Shown: positions 13,846 to 26,500 of the stretch, one piece after another
How the letters are laid out: each line of letters begins with the position of its first letter
How positions within the stretch are numbered: the first letter of the stretch is position 1
Source of the DNA: Octopus bimaculoides
Lineage: Eukaryota
Length of the DNA stretch: 64,000 bases
Assembly (NCBI RefSeq): GCF_001194135.2
Contig: NC_068986.1
Coordinates: 77,033,239 to 77,097,238 of the forward strand
Direction: 5' to 3'
The notes under the pieces: generated by a model
The model's input: only the letters and a program-made list of their open reading frames with translations
The model's database searches: none
Told to the model about the DNA's origin: nothing
Position numbers and translations under genes: made by a program

Positions 13846-13889
13846 TAACCCTAACCCTAACCCTAGGGTTAGGGTTAGGGTTAGGGTTA
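13846..13889. repeat. Interstitial telomeric-type repeats, (TAACCC)3 then (TAGGGT)4
   Basis: Perfect 38-bp palindrome at 13846-13883, directly after an N gap. Confidence 0.85.
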
Positions 13890-14029
13890 ATTGTTTCAGA
13901 ATCGTTTGTTTATGTAGTCGGCACTTAATGTATATCGGCTGAATAGACGTCAGTGATTGGTTGAAATTACAGAAATACAACAACTTTAACATGGAATAAT
14001 TTATGGATTTCTTTTTTTTTAAAGAAGAC

Positions 14030-14135
14030 TAAGAGAAAAAGATGTTTTATATGACACATTCTACCAGTGTTCCAAGTTTCAAAGTGTTTCGTTAATGAAA
14101 AATGTGGCCCCCGTTTTAAAAAAGATCCAATTTGA
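14030..14135 (+). repeat. Unclassified dispersed repeat shared with ~32775-32880
   Basis: CTAAGAG(A/T)AAAAGATGTTTTATATGACACATTCTACCAGTGT(T/C)CCAAGTTT(C/G)AAAGTGTTTCGTTA occurs at both sites. Confidence 0.8.
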
Positions 14136-14872
14136 GCTAAACAAATACGTTCTGGTTCAAAACTTGATGTATTAACACACAAATTGTTACGGACTGTTTT
14201 AGAATAATCAGTCGCATGTAGATTTATTTGTTGATCTTGATAGCTAAACCGTTATTCCGGTTAGAAAGTTCCTAAAACGAATGGCCATTCTTTGATTTGT
14301 TCCCCCAAAATATTCTTTAAGTATTATTTTTGTCTTTCTGAAGTTGGCTGTGACAATTTTCTTGAACTGTTTGTGATGAGTTTAATGTGCAATATAATTC
14401 TGGACAAGCTCTCACACAGAGGTTCAAAAAAAAAATCACGGTAGATATCCATTTAAAATGCTGAGTCTGGTGCGAGTGCAAATAGTGGAATGGTTATTTG
14501 CTAAATTCTCTTGACTCATAATAGAAGTTCTGCTCACTCCTGCAAATTAAGGAAACATTGAATGATCATACAGTGCTCCTGTTGCTTACTATACAATAAT
14601 ATGTATTTACTACATGGTACCTATTTGCAGGCGCATTGGACTGGAAAAAATGCAATGAATTGGACAAGAGAATTGCACACATTGTGCAGATAATAGGACA
14701 TGAACTCGTAGATGATTGAGTCAGTGGTGAAACGTTAGAATAGGAAGAAACAAGCGATGGACTGCGTTGGCAAATAACAGAGTAAAAACTTCACAAACTG
14801 GGATAAAATATATTGCTGTAGAAACGAAGTCTCAAATTTCAGGAAGACCACATCAATGGAGAAAGAAAGAGA

Positions 14873-14980
<108 letters not shown>

Positions 14981-15110
14981 TGTTTTGCTGACGGAGGTGG
15001 ACAAATAGTAGTAGTAAAATTATGAAGAAAGTTAAGTGAAAATGAGGAGAGGTGTGACAAGGGGAGATTACTGCTAGAAGGAGAGTAACAGTTAAAATGA
15101 GTAGTAAATT

Positions 15111-15300
15111 CTTTTCTATTCTAGGCCCAAGGCCCGAATGTTTTTGGGAGGGGGTTAGTTGATTAGATCGACCTCAGTACGCAACTGGTACTTAATTTAT
15201 CGACCCCCGAAAGAATGAAAAGTAAAGTCGACCTCGACGGAATTTGAACTCAGAACGTAAAGACAGACGAAATACCGCTAAGCATTTTGCCCGGCGCGCT
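15111..15300 (-). mobile_element. SINE family A; decayed - copies also at ~37500-37650, 39990-40200, 40480-40610, 40910-41060
   Basis: Reverse complement of the family A core and tail. Confidence 0.8.
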
Positions 15301-15929
15301 AAGTAGTAAAATGAGTAGTAAATTGACAAATTTACTACTGGTATTTAACCCCTTAGCAATTAGACCGGTTATATCAGGTATAAATAATTTACTTGTTTTG
15401 TGATCAAACTGGTCAGATCTGGCATCTCATACCTGCCCAGAAATGTCATTCTAAAAANNNNNNNNNNNNNNNNNNNNNNNNNNNNNNNNNNNNNNNNNNN
15501 NNNNNNNNNNNNNNNNNNNNNNNNNNNNNNNNNNNNNNNNNNNNNNNNNNNNNNNNNNNNNNNNNNNNNNNNNNNNNNNNNNNNNNNNNNNNNNNNNNNN
15601 NNNNNNNNNNNNNNNNNNNNNNNNNNNNNNNNNNNNNNNNNNNNNNNNNNNNNNNNNNNNNNNNNNNNNNNNNNNNNNNNNNNNNNNNNNNNNNNNNNNN
15701 NNNNNNNNNNNNNNNNNNNNNNNNNNNNNNNNNNNNNNNNNNNNNNNNNNNNNNNNNNNNNNNNNNNNNNNNNNNNNNNNNNNNNNNNNNNNNNNNNNNN
15801 NNNNNNNNNNNNNNNNNNNNNNNNNNNNNNNNNNNNNNNNNNNNNNNNNNNNNNNNNNATATCAGAGTATAATTATTAGGGCAGGTACAATTTCCAAGCG
15901 AAGATGAAAATTATCTTTTCAAATGAGAG

Positions 15930-18430
15930 ACTGAAAACACAACTTTGAGCTACTGTAAAAGATATCCCTGTGAAAAGCTGAATCTCAGAGTTTTCAGTGC
16001 GTCTGGATGACGTTTCAGATGTTGTAGTATATTATGGAGTGAAAAAGTCAGGAGTAAAATCACCTCTCCAGAAACTCAGACGCCATCGAGAGACGTATAA
16101 CATCCGGAGGAAGAAAAGGGATCTAAAAAAAAAAACCAGATTAAAGCTGCTTCGGCATTTGAGAAACAAGAATTAGAAAAGCTTTGGAGAGACCTCAAAG
16201 CGAGACATAGTACACTCAACAAAGCGAGACATAGTACATTCAGCAAAGCGAGACAGTACACTCAGTAAAGCGAGACATAGTACACTCAGCAAAGCGAGAC
16301 ATAATACACTCAGCAAAGCAGAGACAACAAGGAAGAAAAAAGGATACGAGATTCTTTCTTCAGGAACTTCTTCCAATTCGCCAGGAAACTATTCGAGCAG
16401 CCAAAGTTTGGGACAATCACATCAGAGAAAGAAGCTCTTGAGCAACATCATAGGGAAACATTCAGACTCACAGAATGAGACATCACTTGCAATCTAATGT
16501 CTGTCTGCCAGGATAATTGTTCGATGACAGACCACCAACACTGGGGGAAGTAAGGAAAGTAGTTAAGAAAACCAGGGTCAAACGGAATACCCTACCTGTT
16601 GTACAAGTAATGTTCCAGTGTTCTTGAGTGGTTTCACAGACTGATAAGGTTAGCATTGAAGATCAGCGACCATTGGATGAGAGCCGAAGGAGTATACATC
16701 AGCTAACTCGGACCAATATCACTTCTGAACGTTGAAAGAAAAATCTTCTGTTATGACGGCAAGGCTAACGAAATATCTCACAGAGAATAAGTACTTGATG
16801 TGTCAGTTCAGAAGGGAAGCATCCCTGGAGTGTCGGATTGTGTAGAACATACCTTAATTATTTGCGAGGCAATCCAAAGATCTAGAACAGAAAAAAAGAG
16901 GCATTGATGTGGTCTGGTACGATCTGGCGAATGCCTACGGTTCGGTTCCACACAAGATGATTCACCTACGAGCTCTTGAGACATATCATGTTCCAAAGAA
17001 CATCCAAGAAATGTTGAAGAAGTTTTTTTCGTGGTTTCTTTATGCGATTCTCCACCAAAGAGTAGAGAACCGTCCGAATCTATGTGGAAGTAGGCATAGA
17101 AATGAGCTGTGAAATCTCCCCTTTACTGTTTGTGTTGGCAATGGCAATCATCCTGAATGCAACTGTGGGATAGTCAGCTTCAAGAGAACTTGGAGACGGA
17201 TTTCAGATGCCATCTCTAAAAGTCTTCATGGACGACACTACAGTCCTTTCCGTAAAGGAAGATGAAACACGCAAAATACTGAAACAGTCGGACGAGGTAG
17301 TTGCGTCATCGAGAATGAGGGACAAACCAAAAAAGTACCGGAGCCTCTCTCTGTGCGGAAACAGAAATTAGAAGAAACAGTTGTATTCACATTAGCCAGC
17401 CAGAATAACCCAACAGTAGCAGAGGAACCAGTCAAAAGCCTTGGACGATGGTACGACGACACCTTGAAAGATACAAAAAGGAGAATCGAATCCAAGCAAT
17501 TGATAGGAAAAAGTTGGTAGGTCATAGACCAGTGTTGCCGCTCTGGCAAATACAAAGTTTGGTGTTTTCAGTTCATGTCATTCTCAAAACTTCTCTGGCT
17601 TCTGCTGATTTACAATATCAGTACTAGCATAGTGAGGGATGTGGAGACCGAAATCAACAAGTACGCAAAGAAGTGGCTTGATGTCCCCCCACATCTTACT
17701 GATGTTGTACTCTACTGTTGCTATGTCAAGCTGAAGCTATCTCTCAAGTCCATCATTTAGGAATACAAAGCCAGGAAATCAAGGCTATTAACCGAGCTTG
17801 AAGACTCGAAAATAAGGTCGAGAGGCCAGTCCAGCCCAAGCTGAAAACAGGAAGGAAATGGAGAGTCCAGAAAGCAGTGGATGCAACAAAGGAAAGCCGT
17901 ACCATCAGAGAAATAATGGGACACACCCAGGCCATTAGGCAGACTTGGCATACCAAAAACTGGAATGGTGGTTAGAGACGAGGGGAAAGATAAGGAGAGA
18001 TATGATTTTACAGGAGGTGAAAAAGGAATAGGATGCGATAATAATCCGGGAGGCAGCACAATAAAGCAAATTGGGCCGGTGGACGTTGTAGGAAGGTGCA
18101 TTTCAGAAGTGTTTCAACAGTAACGACTTTTGACACATGGCACCTTTTAGAATAAGTTTTATTTTTAGATCTTTTTATTATCTCCTGCCTTCAAATATGA
18201 ACCTAGTGAAGTGGGGTAAATCAAATTATCCTGAGTGGCCCACTCTGCCGGAGTATGCAGACAATGGGTCGTGTTCCGAGCTCCTGCAGAGTAGCATTAG
18301 CCTAAGGAAGATACACGTGGAGGTACAATCAAGTGCTTAAGGAGATCGTACAAGCAAAATGCATCAAATAATTGTCAAGAACAGCTATGACATGCAGGGC
18401 ACGGGAATGGAGTCTTCTGCTGTTCAGCTC
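15930..18430 (+). mobile_element. Degenerate RLE-type non-LTR retrotransposon (HERO-like, R2 group) in intron 1 of the claudin-like gene
   Basis: RT motif VWYDLANAYGSVPH; FMDDT at ~17227; RSFYYLLPSNMNLVKWG; CPLC...GRYTWRYNQVLK (CCHC/RHN region). Many stops and frameshifts; ends just before a (CA)n tract. Confidence 0.8.
16197..16314 (+). repeat. 24-bp tandem repeat x5 inside the HERO-like ORF
   Basis: AAAGCGAGACATAGTACACTCAGC at 16197, 16221, 16245 (22 bp), 16267, 16291. Confidence 0.9.
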
Positions 18431-18462
18431 TCTTGAGCATTTTTTGCCACTACTATACTATA

Positions 18463-18548
<86 letters not shown>

Positions 18549-18763
18549 GTCAACGATTTTGTCTTTAGAACTTATGCATTCAGGTTCAAGTCTCGAGGAA
18601 AGCTATCTGCCATAGATTCTTCAAACATCACCAGAAAAATAAATTCAAAATTCGTAAAAATTTTATCCAGTCTTATAGCTGCTCTCATATGTTATCTTAT
18701 CATATTCATTTTAATTTACCGAAAACATTTTTTATTTATTTATTTTTGTTTGTTTATTTTCAG

Positions 18764-18910
18764 ACTGGTTCAAGGCTTGTCAGGCTCTGGAAATTCTAGG
18801 ACTAATTGCTCTGTTACTTGCTTTCATCATTCTGTTTTTGTACATGTTTGTGGAAACCTGCCGAGGACGCAATGCACTCCTGGCTATCATGATTTGTACA
18901 TTTGCTGGAG
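18764..18910 (+). CDS. Claudin/PMP22-like protein, coding exon 2 (TM2-TM3)
   Basis: Acceptor TTTATTTTCAG|AC, 147 nt, phase 1-1. Reads (D)WFKACQALEILGLIALLLAFIILFLYMFVETCRGRNALLAIMICTFAG. Donor GGAG|GTAAGA. Confidence 0.88.
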
Positions 18911-19670
18911 GTAAGATAATAATTTGACTAATTCTGTTATTTACCAACCATTTATCCACTTCATAGACAGACCGAATATGTTGAATCTATTTTTAATATG
19001 ATTTCAATATTATTTTTGAAGTGGCTCCAATATTAAGATTCGCCACACTGTTTTCTATCGGTTATAAACTACGAGATAATTTTTTTGTGAGGGATTACTA
19101 AATATTGCTATGCATAACAGCTCGTGAAATGATTTGCTTTCCATTGGATTTTCTCATTTGCCCACAGGAACACAAACTTATGAGACCAATACACAGATTA
19201 TCAATTTTTGTTATCAAATGAAGAAAATTCCTCACTGCTAGTTAGTCGACCATCATACTAAAGAGATTGTAGCAAATATCATATATATACTTATCAACTG
19301 ACGATATTAACAGTTTTTTCTAAAATCAGATTATTCATTAATTCCCAATTATTTGGGCGAAAAAGCTTGTTTCAAACACAATTGTATCTCAGCTTACAAT
19401 GAATTATAGGGATTGATGGTGCCCTAAACGTTTGATAAACTTTGGAACGTTTCTCCCAGTATAGTAGCCGTATCGGTTTCCAGATTTGCCATTAAAATAT
19501 AAATTATTCATTGACAAAAATATATACAAAATGTCAATCATTTATACTTTTGATAAATTAGCTTTTCTCCCTATACTGCACATTAGGTGATATCAATATC
19601 CACTAAAACGTTTCAAAATGTTCTTCAAAGCTAAATATCGATGTTACCAAGTCAGTTAAGCTTCCGATTA

Positions 19671-20568
19671 CGAGGTGGTATCAAAAAAATATCTGGACTA
19701 GTTATGTTTAATAAAAAAATTACTTATTTACCTAAGTTTTAACATTGCCTGCTTCGAAATAGTCACCTTGTGCAGCAATACACTAGTCCCAGCGTTCCTG
19801 CCATTTTTGCAATCCGGCCTGGAAGTCGTTTTCCGTAAGCGAGTCGAAGACCTCTGCGATTCGCTCTGGATCTTGACAACGGTGTTAAACGGTGACCTTT
19901 GACCTGCATTTTTCATCTTGGGGAAGAGACGGAAGTTTGCAGGTACTAAATCTGGCGAATAAGGCTGGTGTGGAAGCAATGCCATGCTGTTTTTGGCGAG
20001 AAACTCACGAGTGAGGAGAGCTCGGTGACAGAGTGCATTGTCGTCGTGAAGAATTCAATTGTTCGCCCTCCACAGATCCAGTTGCATTCAACGAATGTTC
20101 TTCCTCAAACGATTTAAAACATCGCAGTAGAACTCTCGATTGACAGTCTGGCTCGGGGGGTCGAATTCTCGATGCACAATACCACATTTCCGGGAGTGAC
20201 GCACGAGGTAGGTCTTCCAGATCGCTCATCATCTTCCAGGGACGTTCTTCTGCTTTTGAAGCGCCCGTACCACTCGGAACATTGCGTACAACCCATTACA
20301 TCGTCGCCGTAGGCTTGCCGAAGCATGCTTAATATCTCTGTAGTAGACTTTTCATGTTTAACACAAAATTTCATGTTGGTTCTTTGTTCCAACTTCCTGT
20401 CCATGACAAAATTACAGACTACAGCATACACGTGACCACAAAAGCAAATTTCACAACTTGCGAAGTAAACACATAAGGCACTGCTAACTCTCACTGCGCA
20501 CACAACCGTGTGTTGCTATCTGTTGGCGTGCTACAGAACTAGTCCGGGAAATTTTTGATACCACCTAG
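19671..20568 (-). mobile_element. Internally deleted mariner DNA transposon
   Basis: Imperfect TIRs (CGAGGTGGTATCAAAAA... / ...TTTTTGATACCACCTAG) flanked by TA on both sides. Transposase fragments MDRKLEQRTNMKFCV...DDERSGRP and LHDDNA...HQPYSPDL. Confidence 0.92.
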
Positions 20569-21092
20569 TATAAAACACATGCTTTGATATCATTTATTCA
20601 CAACTGTAGTAAGCTTTTAAGTAAGAGGTTGACATATATCCAATGAATTTACTAGCTGAATTCTTCAAAGGAAAAATCTCATTGCCAGTATGAGACGAAG
20701 CTCCTCAGCCAAGTTGGGTTTCTGAAGAGATAAGCTATGGTCTCGATTTTTAATTTAAAAAAATAGATAGACATATGTAAACAAACAATGTTTAGTTTCA
20801 ATGCGAAACAATAATGGGTTGCTCAATGTTCTCTAAAAAAAAAAAAAAATCCTTGATGCACACTTAGCGTATTATAACGAATCTATAAATAAATTCCATC
20901 AAAGACTTCTGGTGAAAGTTTTAGCAACAAGACAAAATATTTAACCAACGCAGCTTAATAAACATGTTGCCTCTTCTACTGAACCTAGAAAACGGTAAAT
21001 ACCTTTCTCATTTACAAAACAAGAATCTAATTGAAATCATCATTATCGGCAGTAGCAAAAATTATAGACACTATGTAGAGAGTCCCTCCCTC

Positions 21093-21139
<47 letters not shown>

Positions 21140-21311
21140 ATATATAAGTATATTTGTATATGTTTGTGTATTTATGTAATGTTCTTTCTAATTTCTCTCT
21201 CTGACATTATGTAGAGAGTCCCTTCCTCCCCACCTCTCTCTCTCTCTGTATATACATATAAGTATATTTGTATATGTTTGTGTATTTATGTTATGTTCTT
21301 TCTAATTTCAG

Positions 21312-21463
21312 TTGCATTTATTATCATCGGTGTAATCATATTTAATACGAAGAAAGGCAGCAGCTTGTACGAAATCGGTTGGTCCATGGGATTAGCCATA
21401 GCGGGAGCAGTCTTCGCTTTTATTGCTGGAGTGATGGTTGTCCTGGGCTATCTTGGCAAGTAA
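21312..21463 (+). CDS. Claudin/PMP22-like protein, terminal coding exon 3 (TM3 end, TM4)
   Basis: Acceptor CTAATTTCAG|TT, phase 1. Reads (V)AFIIIGVIIFNTKKGSSLYEIGWSMGLAIAGAVFAFIAGVMVVLGYLGK*, with the GWS-x-x-LA motif before TM4. Spliced total 172 aa. Confidence 0.88.
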
Positions 21464-22083
21464 GCCCTACGATCTCATTTGGAGGGATGTTGCAGATCAC
21501 TGAAACGCCATTTAATTCCGACTTCACATCTGAACGTTGACAGTAACATGTGAGCTAAGAAAAAAAAAAACAAAAACAAAAAACAAAACAAAGCAAAAAA
21601 AAAAAAAAAAANNNNNNNNNNNNNNNNNNNNNNNNNNNNNNNNNNNNNNNNNNNNNNNNNNNNNNNNNNNNNNNNNNNNNNNNNNNNNNNNNNNNNNNNN
21701 NNNNNNNNNNNNNNNNNNNNNNNNNNNNNNNNNNNNNNNNNNNNNNNNNNNNNNNNNNNNNNNNNNNNNNNNNNNNNNNNNNNNNNNNNNNNNNNNNNNN
21801 NNNNNNNNNNNNNNNNNNNNNNNNNNNNNNNNNNNNNNNNNNNNNNNNNNNNNNNNNNNNNNNNNNNNNNNNNNNNNNNNNNNNNNNNNNNNNNNNNNNN
21901 NNNNNNNNNNNNNNNNNNNNNNNNNNNNNNNNNNNNNNNNNNNNNNNNNNNNNNNNNNNNNNNNNNNNNNNNNNNNNNNNNNNNNNNNNNNNNNNNNNNN
22001 NNNNNNNNNNNNNNNNNNNNNNNNNNNNNNNNNNNNNNNNNNNNNNNNNNNNNNNNNNNNNNNATATATACACACATATATAT

Positions 22084-22131
<48 letters not shown>

Positions 22132-22480
22132 TTTATTAATTATAATTTCTTTAATTTTGTTATCTTGGTTTCTAAATAAAAGCAGCGACCTCCATTGAAA
22201 CGTTCACCGACATTTATATCAAACGTCTTAGTTTTGTCTTTTTCTCTCTCTTCCTTATCATTGTCATAATCATCATGATCATGATCATTATCATTATTAA
22301 TATTATTATTATCATTATCATTATCATTATTATTACATCGTCATTATTGTAAGTGGGGGCGGGGTGATTGTGCAGTTATTAATTACTTTCGGTGATCCAA
22401 GATAATAAAATATTTACTAACAATTTTACATTTTGCTAAACTATGTATCATTAGATAGTTTAGTTATAACCGAAGAATTT

Positions 22481-22760
22481 GAAATCAGGGTGGTTAAACT
22501 TATTTTATCTCGGTGAAAGTGACATGGTTCCCCAATGTGATTAAACTCCAGTTTATCTAAGTAAAATCGGGGTGGTTAAATTCAGTTCATCTCAGTTAGA
22601 TCGGGGTGGTTATATTCAGTTTATCTCAATGAAATCAGGGTGGCTAAATCCAGTTTATCTTAGTGAAATCGGAGTGATTAAATTCAGTATATATCAGTGG
22701 AAACGGCGCTGTTAAATTCCGTATACCTCAGTGAAGTCGAAATGGTTAAACCATTAATCG
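22481..22760. repeat. 34-bp degenerate minisatellite, ~8 units
   Basis: Consensus GAAATCGGGGTGGTTAAATTCAGTTTATCTCAGT; units start at 22481, 22515, 22563, 22597, 22631, 22665, 22699, 22733. Confidence 0.85.
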
Positions 22761-23067
22761 TAATGGAATCCAAGAGTTAATTGTCCAAATCACAAATAAT
22801 AATTCAACTAATGTACATGTGGGTAAGAAATTGTCATCTCTGGTTTCTGTCGCAGTTTACTTTCATATTTTAAGAAAATTTACACTTTGTGGGGACCTAT
22901 CACTTGACCACCAGTGCATAAGTAATAAATAAATGATACGTGGTTTCATAAAAAAAAAACTTTCGATTAATTAGTGAAGATGCAGACATGGGTGTGTAGT
23001 TTAAAGGTTCATTTCGAAACCACGTGTTCCTGCATTCGATCTCATTGTGCAGTATCTTTGGTAGTAG

Positions 23068-23136
<69 letters not shown>

Positions 23137-23137
<1 letters not shown>

Positions 23138-23494
23138 CTTCGTAACATAGTGTAGGTAAAAATGCACTGGAGTCTTTAGTCATCTGTCAAGTCACAACAA
23201 GGACCGCAGACAGACAATACTTTCCTTAAGATGTGCACTGTACCCAATAAGGCTACTTTTTGCAAGACATCAATCCTGCATGGGATTTCCAGTTGCCTTA
23301 AGAAGTCTTGAAGTTTCAGTGGGATTGAACCCAACGCTCCACTCACCACTGGAATCACGTTTACATTACCTTCTCGCATTTCATACAGTCTTGTCATTTC
23401 CACTTTCAGTTCGGAGTACTTGGTGATTTTTTCAACCTCTTTATTCACAACATTCATGTCAGGCTACATCAATGATCTGACAGCATTTGTCTCT
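23137..23494 (-). mobile_element. 5'-truncated R4/Dong-like non-LTR retrotransposon 3' end (RLE domain)
   Basis: IIDVA...MNVVNKEVEKITKYSEL...IPVVSGALGSIP...LQKVALLGTVHILRKVL, then a short 3' UTR and a (TAA)n tail. Confidence 0.8.
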
Positions 23495-23549
23495 CATTAT
23501 TATCATCATCATCATCATCATCATCATTATTATTATTATTATTATTATG

Positions 23550-26500
23550 ACCATCATACTGTAAAGTCATAGAAATTTGGAGCTCCGTAAGTTGAAATAG
23601 TGTTTGTAATCTTTTCGGCTTTCTAAGGCCCCGTGTTTTCATTTTATTGTTACCATTGCATCTCTGAGATTGTTTGGACTGCGCAGATAGTTTTTTTCTT
23701 TTGTGTGTGTGTAGAAACACCCCGTTTTGTAGGGGATGCGCATCAATATTTCTGGATCTTAACAACTTCCGAAAAAAATAATATTTTGCTGTTTTCATTT
23801 TTCAATTAAAGGATGGATAATTAAGAAGCCATCATAATGTTCGACAAAGGAACGCTTTCCTCGTCGGCAAAAAAATGAGAACAAGAGTATCGAATGACCT
23901 AAACTTAATGACGTCACCGAGGTGAATAATGTTTCGCCTATAAGCAACGTCAAAACTTTCGGTGTCGACAACTACAAAAACAACAACAGCAACAGCAGAA
24001 ACAGTGACGACAACAACAATAACAACAGCAACAACAATACGAAAGAAATGAAACATAAAAACGCGAATATCGTCTCCACTTCTGTTGCGTTTGCGGCGAG
24101 AAATATGGAAAATTTCCGCATAGATGAAGAAGATTTTAAAATGGCAAGAAAAATTGTGAAAAGGAATGGGAGAAGGGTAGCTCTAAACCCTCCATCCGAC
24201 GGGACAGAGCATCTTAAGATGCACGGTCACGTACCGCTGCATCGGAGTTAAATAACGTCGGGTGGAAGATACTTCTGAGAGCGAGATACAAAAATGCCTC
24301 GGGTAGCGTGTAGGAACAAAAGATCCACATCACCCGAGGAAAGAAGTCTGGAATTATTAGGGTGAAATTTGGGAGGGAAGAAGAAGCCAGGTGTAATTCT
24401 GCGACCACATTGAGGAATGACAACTTCTTAATCCCTAGCTATCGCGGCCAACGTCTTACCAAGATTAGGGTGTTGAATGTGCCGCCAGAAGTATCTATCA
24501 CCTGGTTAGTGGCGGCCGTCCTAGCAGGTCTAGAAGAAGACGAGGTAAGAATATTAGAGGTCAAGAAAATACCGAGGCAAAACTGGTCTGGTACAGGTAT
24601 GGAACTGACTTTACAATCTAAGCAGGACCACATCGACCAACTGCACGACCTAATCGTCAGACGTTTATAAAACTATGAGAGAAAAATTCCCATGTAGTGT
24701 GGGGATTTTTTTTTTAAATCAGTTGAGAAAAGGCTGTTAGAAGAGCCTTTTAAAAAAATTTCGCCAGTAGTGAGGCCCGGAACTTCCGGGCTTCTCAAAA
24801 ATAAAGGTGAGTAACCTTCTCTTTTTCTTTCTCCGACTAGCATGATTGTGCTGAGAATGGGGTGTGTAAATGTGCGAGGCCTGGGATCAGCTTGGAAGCA
24901 AGGTCACTTGCTCAATAATCTCGGGTTGCTTCATTAAGATATCGCTGCCATTAGTGAAACAAGGATCTCCGGAAAACACGATCTAGCATCTACCTTTGAG
25001 GACTACGAGGTATTCTCATCTTGTAGTCTATCGGGAGCAGGTTGCGGAGTAGCAGTGCTGCTCTGGAAATCCTTAGACCTCCAAGTACGGGCTATCTTCC
25101 TGGGCCTGGACGGTAGGGTGATGGTCCTGGACGTGAATGTAGCGAAGGTGGCGCCTTTAGACTGGTGGTGGTTTATGCTTCAACAGGGGCTGGAAGGCCA
25201 TATTTCTTCAGGTGTCTAGAAATGTTCTTGGGAACGTCTCGTTTAGTACTAGTGGGGGACTGGAATAGTATTTTGGACGCACGGAAGGACTGTGTAGGTT
25301 TAGTACGTAGCAGAAGTGGGTGTAAAAGCCTCGAAAACCTGCTCAGGACCTTCCAGCTTTCTGACAGGTACCGACTGGATTTTTCTGGTGTGCCAGTGTG
25401 GACGTGAGGCAACCACAGCAGGTCATCCAGATCGCATTTAGAAAGAGCATTTGTTAGGTCAGAGGCTAGGGATAGCATGGGTTGTCCACAATTTCAATTG
25501 GTCGGCTATACAAATCATAAATTTGTTATATGCTCAGTCGATATAGCTTGGACCCGTAGATAGGTACCCGATTACTGGAAGCTGAATGCGTCCTTATCGG
25601 CTCGCAAAGTCTACAGGGATCGGATTACCGAACTAGTTAAGCGACAGTTGACGGGGGTTCTCGTCAACAACCGCTCTGGAGAGAGCGATTAGAATAGAAT
25701 CAACAGCATTTAGCAAAGATTTAGCAATAGAAAGAAATAGATTAGAAGGAGAACTAGTTAACTAACTAGAAGAAGCTATTAGTAAAGACATTGCGACCGA
25801 CGTGTTAGCAGCGAGAATGGCCCTGGACCATTTCTTTGAGGCGAAAAATGAAGGGTGCGTTTTCAGAGCTAAGACCTGTGCGCTAAAATACGAAGCCGTC
25901 CGATGTGCCCGAACGGTAGAGACCCAACGTGGAAACAAAACCACGATCAAGTCTTTCACGGATCAAGACAGACGCGTGCTACTCGCTTCTGAGCAGATGT
26001 GTGCGGCTTTCCAGCAGCACTTTGCGCAGCTGTTTGAGGAGGGTGATGGGGCGGTGACGGTAACAGACTTTACTTCGTACCTAGACGGCCTACCAGATTC
26101 TGCGAAAAGCCGATTACAGCCACTGAAATACGGGAGGTGATGAGCGATTGCACAGGTCGCAAATCGTGCGGTTTGGATGGTCTGCCCTACGAAGTCTGCT
26201 TTCATGCCAGATTTGTTTGGCAGCCTCTTGGCATACGTCTACAGTAACTGGCAGCAGAACAGGAGAATTCCCAGTATTGTTAGCCTGGGTGTAGTAACAC
26301 TTTTGAGAAAGGACGCCGGCAATGGGGACGTGCTAGGGAATTTTCGGCCCATAACTTTGCTAAAGATAGAGTTTAAGATTTTGGCCAAGGTGTTAGCGAA
26401 AAAGTTGGTGCTTGTCGCTGGTAGTCTGGTCGGGGAGGCACAAACGTGCGCAATGCCGAACAGGTCTATCCACGACAACCTCCACCTTATGGGATATATT

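Noticed and set aside
13846-13889. Telomere-telomere fusion scar
   Set aside because: A fusion gives TTAGGG then CCCTAA; this is the reverse order, and it is very short.
14629-14720. Phase-1-compatible alternative terminal exon for the claudin-like gene (TTTGCAG|GC...TGA)
   Set aside because: Weak pyrimidine tract, no homology, and it would truncate three TM helices; consistent with chance.
18372-18763. 180-aa ORF with a His-Thr repeat as the N-terminus of a protein
   Set aside because: The HT run is a (CA)n microsatellite. The real exon starts at 18764 in a different frame.
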